Source: Pseudomonadota bacterium (lineage in GTDB: Bacteria > Pseudomonadota > Gammaproteobacteria > Burkholderiales > Burkholderiaceae_B). Taken from it: DNA of 25,138 nucleotides. The notes below the pieces were generated by a model. The model searched no databases, had not been told where the DNA came from, and worked only from the letters and a program-made list of their open reading frames with translations. The position numbers and the translations under genes are program-made. The stretch is from assembly GCA_021793875.1 (NCBI GenBank), contig JAJYRX010000001.1, positions 1-25,138 of the forward strand, written 5' to 3'. Of the stretch, positions 18,541 to 25,138 are shown in pieces. Each line of letters opens with the position of its first letter. Within the stretch, counting starts at the first letter, position 1.

Positions 18541-19005
18541 ATGAGCCTACGTGCGCTTAACCATTGGCATATAGTACGGCCTGTTAGCGCTCGGGTTTCA
18601 GATTTACTAGCGCTACCGTTAATATCGGTAGCGCTAGTTTATTCTATTTGGCCAATTGATTGGCCTTTTATAGGAATAATGTTTTGCCTTAATATTTTGT
18701 GGGTTTGTCGCTGGCACAAAGAAAACAGTGACCTTGCCAACAGAGTTTCCGAAATACATTGTTATGCACCAGGGTCTTGGAGCGCCATTGACAATAAAAG
18801 CAATGTATTTGCATGTAGTATTGAAAAAGTAAAATTTGCCGGCATATGTGTCAATGTGCTATTAACATATAAGCACACTAATACAAAACATAACATCATA
18901 ATATGGCGCAGAACATTGTCCGAGCAATCCTGGAAAAATCTAATATTAAAACTTAAGTACGAGCAATATTACTCTTGTTGCAGCCGCGAGGAAGCAGAGC
19001 TATGA
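18541..19005 (+). CDS. Small predicted membrane protein, possibly YgfX/CptA-like (154 aa)
   Basis: Fills the fabF-rpoE gap exactly (12-nt gap, then ATGA overlap with rpoE). Two N-terminal hydrophobic segments; C-terminal IIIWRRTLSEQSWKNLILKL resembles the YgfX C-terminal W-x-x-L pattern from memory. The family call is inference. Confidence 0.65.
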   Translation: MSLRALNHWHIVRPVSARVSDLLALPLISVALVYSIWPIDWPFIGIMFCLNILWVCRWHKENSDLANRVSEIHCYAPGSWSAIDNKSNVFACSIEKVKFAGICVNVLLTYKHTNTKHNIIIWRRTLSEQSWKNLILKLKYEQYYSCCSREEAEL

Positions 19006-19601
19006 GCAACGAGCGTCAGGTTGATGCAGACCTTGTGAAGCGTGTGCAACAGGGTGATAAGCGAGCTTTTGATCTTTTGGTTATAAAGTATCAAAGGCGA
19101 ATAATACGATTGCTTGGTCGAATGGTAAGAAACCCTTCAGAGCTTGAAGACCTTGCTCAGGAAACGTTTATAAAAGCCTATAAGGCATTACCTCAGTTTA
19201 GAGGTGATAGCGCATTCTACACATGGCTTTATCGAATTGCTATTAATACAGCACGTAACTGGCAGTCGGCACAAATGCGCAGGCCTCAGCCAGCAAGTAA
19301 TATAGAAAACGAAGATGGTGAAACTTTTGACCATGTTGATAACCTAACAGATATTAATACACCAGATGCAATCATGGCTAGCCGTCAAATTGCCGAAACT
19401 ATAAACATGGCAATGAACGAACTGCCAGACGAGCTGCGCATGGCTATTCAGTTGCGCGAAATAGAAGGGTTAAGCTATGAGGAAATTGCTACAACCATGA
19501 ACTGCCCAGTAGGTACAGTAAGGTCGCGTATATTTCGAGCACGAGAAGCTATTGCGGCCAAATTGCGCCCAGTCCTTCAAAACGAGTCTGATTTTCGCTA
19601 G
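19002..19601 (+). CDS. rpoE: ECF sigma factor sigma-E (199 aa)
   Basis: MSNERQVDADLVKRVQQGDKRAFDLLV, EDLAQETFIKAY, FYTWLYRIAIN, LREIEGLSYEEIA...CPVGTVRSRIFRAR. ATG 19002 rather than TTG 18975. Confidence 0.96.
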   Translation: MSNERQVDADLVKRVQQGDKRAFDLLVIKYQRRIIRLLGRMVRNPSELEDLAQETFIKAYKALPQFRGDSAFYTWLYRIAINTARNWQSAQMRRPQPASNIENEDGETFDHVDNLTDINTPDAIMASRQIAETINMAMNELPDELRMAIQLREIEGLSYEEIATTMNCPVGTVRSRIFRAREAIAAKLRPVLQNESDFR

Positions 19602-19613
19602 GAGCCTTTTGTA

Positions 19614-20114
19614 ATGCACAATAACAATCGTCTTTCAAACCCCGAACAAACGCCCTGGGAGTCGGTTGTTTCCGAGTGGATGGACGGAGAGGGAGAGATA
19701 CGTGCCGAAGACCTCGATACACCTTATGGAAGGCAAGTTTGGGAAACCTATCATATTATTGGTGATGTATTACGTAGTAACGAGCTTGCCATAAAAACTT
19801 CCGATATGTTTTATGCACGATTATCACGTGCCATAGACGAACAGCCTAGGCTTTCTTCACCTGTATCCAATAGATCCGGTCGCATAAGGTTAGTGGCCGG
19901 CCTTTCTGGCATGGCTGCAGCTGCTTTAACAGGTTTTTTATGGTTTACCGACGCGCCATCTATGTTCTCAGAGCCAAGCAGTCCGGTTCAAATGGCAGAA
20001 TCTAATACTTCCGTCGAAGACCCTTCTCTTAACGATTACTACAATGCTCATGTTGCATTGGCCGGAGGGGTTGAGCTTAACAATAGCAGTCTATTAGCTG
20101 GAGTAGACAATTGA
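19614..20114 (+). CDS. rseA: Anti-sigma-E factor RseA/MucA (166 aa)
   Basis: N-terminal VSEWMDGE and WETYHIIGDVLRS, one TM helix (LVAGLSGMAAAALTGFLWF), periplasmic LNDYYNAH; follows rpoE with SD AGGAG. Confidence 0.88.
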   Translation: MHNNNRLSNPEQTPWESVVSEWMDGEGEIRAEDLDTPYGRQVWETYHIIGDVLRSNELAIKTSDMFYARLSRAIDEQPRLSSPVSNRSGRIRLVAGLSGMAAAALTGFLWFTDAPSMFSEPSSPVQMAESNTSVEDPSLNDYYNAHVALAGGVELNNSSLLAGVDN

Positions 20115-21103
20115 TGCGTTTGGCGGCATTGTTTACTTTGCTGATGGCATTTGCGTCTCACGGCGCAATAGCCTCCGATGACTCTTCGGCGAATAGCGAC
20201 TCTTCTGAACTAGTGCAGTTCGTGGAGCAAGTGCAAGAGGCTGCTCGTAGTCTTGATTATGCTGGAGTGTTTACCTACCAACAGGGAGCCATGATAGTAG
20301 CATCCAGGGTAATTCATATAGTAGATGCAACGGGTGAGCGTGAGCGTATAGAGGCTTTAGATGGTGAACCCAGGGAATATATACGTCATAATGACTCTAT
20401 CAAGCGTATTATTCCAAAACAGAAAATAGTTGTTAAGGAGCCTGGCACAGCATATATGTTTCCTTTTGTTGTGCGCGGTAATTTTCAAAACCTTCACAAG
20501 TACTATCGCCTCAATAACAGTAAGCAAACAATAAGAGTGGCTGGACGTGATTGTGATGTGTATGTTTTACATCCCATAGACCCCAAACGTTATGGGCATG
20601 TTTTATGTATAGACACTGAAAGTAAGTTGCTACTTAGTTCTAAAACTATTAATGATGCTAACGAAGTAATAGATCAGCATATTTTTGTGAGCATTGTTCT
20701 GGGTAAAGGGGCTGCTGACAGCCAGATAAACCCAAGCTGGGATACGAAAAACTGGAAAGAAATTGAAACTCATATGGGGCCAACCGATCTTACCTCTAAA
20801 GGGTGGAGAATTCCTTTCCCACCAGGGTTTGAAGTTATTAAGCAGGTAAGTCGGCCGTTAAGAAATGAAGAAATGGTTAAGCAACTAGTGCTGTCCGACG
20901 GAATAGCAGCTTTGTCAGTTTTTATAGAATCATTTAATTCCGAAATTCATTCATCCCAGGGGCAAGGTGGTATACACAAAGGAGCCTTGAGTGTTTTCCG
21001 AAAGCGTATAGCCGACTATTGGGTCACCGTTTTAGGTCAGGTGCCAGCTGAGACAGTCAGAGAAGTGGGTGATCATATAGAGTATGTGCCTCTAGTACAG
21101 TAA
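20114..21103 (+). CDS. rseB: Periplasmic sigma-E regulator RseB/MucB (329 aa)
   Basis: Signal peptide (...SHGAIA), LDYAGVFTYQQG, ERIEALDGEPRE, RVAGRDC, LVLSDGIAALSVFIE, VTVLGQVPAET; TGATG overlap with the rseA stop. Confidence 0.9.
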   Translation: MRLAALFTLLMAFASHGAIASDDSSANSDSSELVQFVEQVQEAARSLDYAGVFTYQQGAMIVASRVIHIVDATGERERIEALDGEPREYIRHNDSIKRIIPKQKIVVKEPGTAYMFPFVVRGNFQNLHKYYRLNNSKQTIRVAGRDCDVYVLHPIDPKRYGHVLCIDTESKLLLSSKTINDANEVIDQHIFVSIVLGKGAADSQINPSWDTKNWKEIETHMGPTDLTSKGWRIPFPPGFEVIKQVSRPLRNEEMVKQLVLSDGIAALSVFIESFNSEIHSSQGQGGIHKGALSVFRKRIADYWVTVLGQVPAETVREVGDHIEYVPLVQ

Positions 21104-21131
21104 ACAAGATTCTCAAACCAAGGAGTAAAAA

Positions 21132-22604
21132 ATGCGTGTTTCTTATGCTAATAAAAACAGGTTTGGTAAAGCCCTTATGGTTGCTGCCGCAGCAGTGTTA
21201 TTAGCTGCGGGCAATGCCATGCCTGTTGTGCAGGCGCAATCAAGCAATGTGCCTGAACTGGCAATTCCAGATTTCACCAAGGTGGTGGAAAAGGTAGAGG
21301 GGTCGGTTGTTAATATACGTACAACTGAGTCAGTACGAGTACGTAGACCCGGTATGCGCGGCAATGATCCATATGAGTTATTCAGATGGTTTTTTGGCCC
21401 TGACATAATGCCCCGTGGGTTTGGAATGCCAGAACAAGATGAAGGCCCGGCTGAGCAAGAGCGTACAGTGCCTCGAGGTGTTGGTTCAGGCTTTATCATC
21501 AGTGATGATGGTTACATTATTACTAATAATCATGTAATTGCTAACTCTAATGCTATTTTTGTAACGCTTACTAATGGCAAAGAATATAAGGCCGAGGTTA
21601 TTGGTACAGACGAAAGAACAGATGTAGCATTAATTAAAATTGATGCTAAAAACCTTGATTCCATAACTATAGGCGATTCAAATAAGCTTAAAAAAGGTGA
21701 GTGGGTTCTTGCTATAGGGTCACCTTTTGGCTTGGACTCTACCGTTACATCGGGCATAGTCAGTGCTATTAATCGTGATACTGGCGATTATCTTCCATTC
21801 ATACAAACTGATGTTGCAGTTAACCCAGGTAACTCTGGAGGCCCGCTAATCAACTTAGCTGGTGAGGTAGTTGGTGTAAACTCGCAAATAGTTTCTAGAA
21901 GCGGTGGCTTTATGGGTATATCCCTTGCTATACCAATAGACGAAGCCATGAATGTTGTTAATCAGTTAAAAGAGCACGGTAAAGTATCGCGTGGACGTAT
22001 TGGAGTACAAATTGGACATGTGTCAGATGAGGTTGCTGAAGCTCTTGGCATGGAAAGTACCATAGGAGCCTTAGTAAGTAAGGTTGAGCCCGATGGTCCG
22101 GCAGCAAAGGCGGGCGTACGCTCCGGTGATGTTATAGTAGATTTCGACGGTAATGAAATAAAAAGCATGACCGACCTGCCTAGACTTGTAGGTAATACCA
22201 AGCCCGGATCTAAAGCCTCTTTAGTGGTTTGGCGCAAAGGTAAAAAGGTAAAGCTGAATGTAAAAGTCGATGAAATGCCTGCTACCAATGAAGATGAGTT
22301 GCCTCATAGCAGCTCAGAAACATCCAAATCAGACTCGTTAGGCTTAACTGTTCGTACAATACCTTCCGAGCAAAAGCAAAAATTGGGTATAGACGGTGGG
22401 GTTGTAGTTACTAGCATACAAGATCCAGCTCTTAGCGCAGGGTTAATAGAAGGTGATATTATCCTTATGGTTAATAACCACGATATATCCAGTGCTGAAC
22501 AATATAACAAGGTTATTTCAGGGCTTAGTTCAGGCAAGCCTGCTGCGTTGCTGGTAATGCGTAATAATCAGTCGCAGTGGGTTACCATCACTCCTAAAAA
22601 ATAA
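21132..22604 (+). CDS. mucD: HtrA/DegP-family periplasmic serine protease with two PDZ domains, MucD-like (490 aa)
   Basis: Signal peptide, GVGSGFII, triad TNNHV / TDVALIKI / GNSGGP, two PDZ domains (AAKAGVRSGDVI; AGLIEGDIILMVN). The symbol is from its position after rseB. Confidence 0.9.
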   Translation: MRVSYANKNRFGKALMVAAAAVLLAAGNAMPVVQAQSSNVPELAIPDFTKVVEKVEGSVVNIRTTESVRVRRPGMRGNDPYELFRWFFGPDIMPRGFGMPEQDEGPAEQERTVPRGVGSGFIISDDGYIITNNHVIANSNAIFVTLTNGKEYKAEVIGTDERTDVALIKIDAKNLDSITIGDSNKLKKGEWVLAIGSPFGLDSTVTSGIVSAINRDTGDYLPFIQTDVAVNPGNSGGPLINLAGEVVGVNSQIVSRSGGFMGISLAIPIDEAMNVVNQLKEHGKVSRGRIGVQIGHVSDEVAEALGMESTIGALVSKVEPDGPAAKAGVRSGDVIVDFDGNEIKSMTDLPRLVGNTKPGSKASLVVWRKGKKVKLNVKVDEMPATNEDELPHSSSETSKSDSLGLTVRTIPSEQKQKLGIDGGVVVTSIQDPALSAGLIEGDIILMVNNHDISSAEQYNKVISGLSSGKPAALLVMRNNQSQWVTITPKK

Positions 22605-22639
22605 TCTCCTGCAGCGGTTAAAATAAGCGGCAGGCAGAC

Positions 22640-22666
22640 AAAGGAGCGCCTACAGGCGCTCCTTTT
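22640..22666 (+). terminator. Intrinsic terminator after mucD
   Basis: AAAGGAGCGCC-TACA-GGCGCTCCTTTT. Confidence 0.8.
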
Positions 22667-22716
22667 AACTATAAACGCACACCTGTCGCATACGCTACGG
22701 GTGGTTATTTCGATAT

Positions 22717-24510
22717 ATGGACTACATACGTAACTTTTCTATCATTGCTCATATAGACCACGGTAAATCTACTTTGGCCGATCGCATAATTCAACGATGC
22801 GGAGGCCTTCAAGATCGTGAAATGTCCACGCAGGTTCTAGATTCAATGGATCTGGAGCGTGAGCGTGGCATAACTATTAAAGCTCAAACAGCGGCACTTT
22901 CATATACTGCCAAAAACGGCAAAACATATGCACTTAACCTTATAGATACTCCTGGTCACGTTGACTTCTCCTACGAGGTCAGTCGCTCTCTTTCAGCTTG
23001 TGAAGGTGCTTTGCTAGTTGTAGATGCATCACAAGGTGTAGAAGCACAGACTGTAGCAAATTGCTATACGGCTATAGACCTTAATGTTGAGGTGTTGCCG
23101 GTACTTAACAAGATGGATCTAGCGTCAGCTGACCCTGACAGCGCAAAGGCAGAAATTGAAGATGTAATCGGAATAGATGCATCTGAGGCTGTTCTCGCCA
23201 GTGCTAAAAGCGGTATGGGCATAGATGAAATTCTTGAGACTATAGTACATAAAGTACCGGCACCAGTGGGTGATCCCGATGCTCCGTTGCAGGCCTTAAT
23301 AATTGACTCATGGTTCGATAACTACGTTGGTGTAGTTATGCTAGTACGTATAGTTAATGGCGTTCTTAAAGCTAAAGATAGAATTACATTAATGGCTACA
23401 GGAACCCAGTACCCTTGTGAACACCTGGGGGTGTTCACTCCAAAATCAGAACCACGCGACAAGCTTAGTGCAGGTCAAGTTGGGTTTGTTATATCGGGTA
23501 TAAAAGATATAGAAGACGCTAAGGTTGGCGATACCATAACTCATGCAGCTAAACCCGCTAGTACTCCCTTGCCTGGCTTTAAAGAGGTAAAACCACAGGT
23601 TTTTGCTGGCATATACCCAGTTGAAAATAGCGAATATGAGCAACTGCGTGATTCCTTAGAAAAACTTAAGCTGAATGATTCGTCTCTGATGTTTGAGCCA
23701 GAGGTTTCACAGGCATTAGGGTTTGGTTTTCGTTGTGGCTTCCTTGGACTATTACATATGGAAATAGTTCAGGAACGTCTAGAGCGCGAATTCAACATGG
23801 ACATAATTACCACTGCGCCCTCTGTAATTTACGAGGTTTTGAAGCGCGATGGTGAGACAATAATGGTTGATAGCCCTTCCAACATGCCAGAGGTGGGTCA
23901 AATAGAAGAAATTCGTGAACCAATGGTTACAGTAACCTTGTTCATGCCACAGGAATACGTTGGTGCTGTTATGACTCTCTGCATAGCTAAACGAGGCGTA
24001 CAGCTAAGCATGACCTACCATGGTCGCCAGGTACACCTGGTTTATGAAATGCCTCTTGCAGAAATAGTCTTGGATTTTTTCGATAGGTTAAAGTCAGTGT
24101 CCAGAGGGTACGCCTCAATGGATTATGAGTTCAAGGCATGGGAGCCATCTGATGTTGTACGCGTTGACTTGTTAATTAACGGTGAGAAAGTAGATGCACT
24201 TTCCATGATAGTTCACCGCTCCAGTGCGCGTCACCGGGGCCGAGAGGTGGCAACAAAAATGCGTGGTTTAATTCCACGACAAATGTTTGATATTGCTATA
24301 CAGGCTGCCATAGGTGCTGAAGTAATAGCACGGGAAAACGTTAAAGCACTTCGTAAAAACGTTCTGGCAAAATGTTACGGTGGTGATATTTCGCGCAAGC
24401 GCAAGCTGCTCGAAAAACAGAAGGCGGGTAAAAAGCGCATGAAGCAGGTGGGTAATGTAGAAATCCCTCAAGAAGCGTTTCTAGCGGTTTTGCAAGTCGA
24501 AGATAAATAA
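22717..24510 (+). CDS. lepA: Elongation factor 4 (597 aa)
   Basis: [71 protein letters not shown]. Confidence 0.98.
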   Translation: MDYIRNFSIIAHIDHGKSTLADRIIQRCGGLQDREMSTQVLDSMDLERERGITIKAQTAALSYTAKNGKTYALNLIDTPGHVDFSYEVSRSLSACEGALLVVDASQGVEAQTVANCYTAIDLNVEVLPVLNKMDLASADPDSAKAEIEDVIGIDASEAVLASAKSGMGIDEILETIVHKVPAPVGDPDAPLQALIIDSWFDNYVGVVMLVRIVNGVLKAKDRITLMATGTQYPCEHLGVFTPKSEPRDKLSAGQVGFVISGIKDIEDAKVGDTITHAAKPASTPLPGFKEVKPQVFAGIYPVENSEYEQLRDSLEKLKLNDSSLMFEPEVSQALGFGFRCGFLGLLHMEIVQERLEREFNMDIITTAPSVIYEVLKRDGETIMVDSPSNMPEVGQIEEIREPMVTVTLFMPQEYVGAVMTLCIAKRGVQLSMTYHGRQVHLVYEMPLAEIVLDFFDRLKSVSRGYASMDYEFKAWEPSDVVRVDLLINGEKVDALSMIVHRSSARHRGREVATKMRGLIPRQMFDIAIQAAIGAEVIARENVKALRKNVLAKCYGGDISRKRKLLEKQKAGKKRMKQVGNVEIPQEAFLAVLQVEDK

Positions 24511-24537
24511 GCTTGATAATGAATCCAGGAACCTGGT

Positions 24538-25138
24538 ATGAGTTGGGATTTCGCTCTAATACTTTTTGTATTGCTAATTATAACTGGTGTTATATGGGCG
24601 CTAGACGTCTTTTATTTACGTAAAAACCGACGAGCCCGTGCCGTCGCAGCTATGGCTGCAACAGAGCCTGTGGTGCAGGGGCTTGGAACAGACCAGGCCA
24701 TTAGCATACGTCAAGAGGCTTACGATAAGGCTAATAGGGCCCCATGGTGGGTCGATTACGCGGTTAGCTTTTTCCCCGTAATATTATTTGTTTTTGTGCT
24801 GCGGTCTTTTATAGTTGAGCCGTTTCGCATACCGTCTGGTTCAATGCTGCCTACCCTTCAAGATGGTGATTTAATACTAGTCAATAAGTACCAGTATGGG
24901 GTTAGGCTGCCTGTAATAGATAAAAAGGTTATAGAGCTTGGAAGTCCTAACTACGGAGACGTTGTTGTCTTCCGTTACCCTGTTGATCCATCGGTAGACT
25001 ATATAAAAAGGGTGGTTGGGTTGCCGGGCGATGTTGTTCAATATCGCAACAAGGTTTTATCTGTTAATGGCAAGGTTATACAGCAGCAGCGAATTGGTGA
25101 TTATTTCGAGCCCGATCGTTCTGCCTATACTGCCATGT
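24538..25138 (+). CDS. lepB: Signal peptidase I, 3'-truncated by the window edge (not in the ORF track)
   Basis: Manual translation MSWDFALILFVLLIITGVIW...LRSFIVEPFRIPSGSMLPTLQDGDLILVNKYQYG...GDVVVFRYP...DYIKRVVGLPGD shows the catalytic Ser and Lys, and the frame is open to the window end. SD AGGA at 24527-24530. Confidence 0.96.
   Translation, partial: MSWDFALILFVLLIITGVIWALDVFYLRKNRRARAVAAMAATEPVVQGLGTDQAISIRQEAYDKANRAPWWVDYAVSFFPVILFVFVLRSFIVEPFRIPSGSMLPTLQDGDLILVNKYQYGVRLPVIDKKVIELGSPNYGDVVVFRYPVDPSVDYIKRVVGLPGDVVQYRNKVLSVNGKVIQQQRIGDYFEPDRSAYTAM

Noticed and set aside
19321-19347. Internal sigma-E promoter in rpoE for rseA (AAACTT-N16-CCTAA)
   Set aside because: Mismatches fall at the most conserved first position of both boxes, so the match is too weak.
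21104-21131. Absence of rseC/mucC between rseB and mucD
   Set aside because: The gap is only 28 nt with no remnant, and this absence is common in Burkholderiales.
1-25138. A novel multi-gene system, mobile element, prophage, CRISPR array, tRNA or rRNA
   Set aside because: Nearly all bases belong to recognisable housekeeping genes in conserved order. I saw no transposase, integrase, spaced direct repeats or cloverleaf.

Overview
This window is conserved housekeeping chromosome from a betaproteobacterium, most likely Alcaligenaceae (Bordetella-like AcpP 'DSLDMVEL', fab-rpoE-rse-mucD-lep order). Its G+C is modest: 40% and 47% in two 60-nt spot counts. Gene order: 5'-truncated relA, trpB-trpA-accD, a bidirectional terminator, rne (minus), a ~520-nt divergent region, rluC-HAD phosphatase, a convergent minus-strand unit (Maf/YceF, RsmI-like methyltransferase, AmiD-like lipoprotein amidase), yceD-rpmF-plsX-fabH-fabD-fabG-acpP-fabF, a small AT-rich membrane ORF (YgfX-like), rpoE-rseA-rseB-mucD/degP, a terminator, lepA and 3'-truncated lepB (absent from the ORF track). 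I corrected several ORF-track starts using SD sites and family N-termini. I found no tRNA, rRNA, mobile element, CRISPR array, phage or defence gene, and no evidence of a new multi-gene system. The best leads are small: an uncharacterised membrane ORF coupled to sigma-E inside the fab transcript, a structured rne leader, an amidase appended to the maf operon, and a few cis-regulatory oddities.
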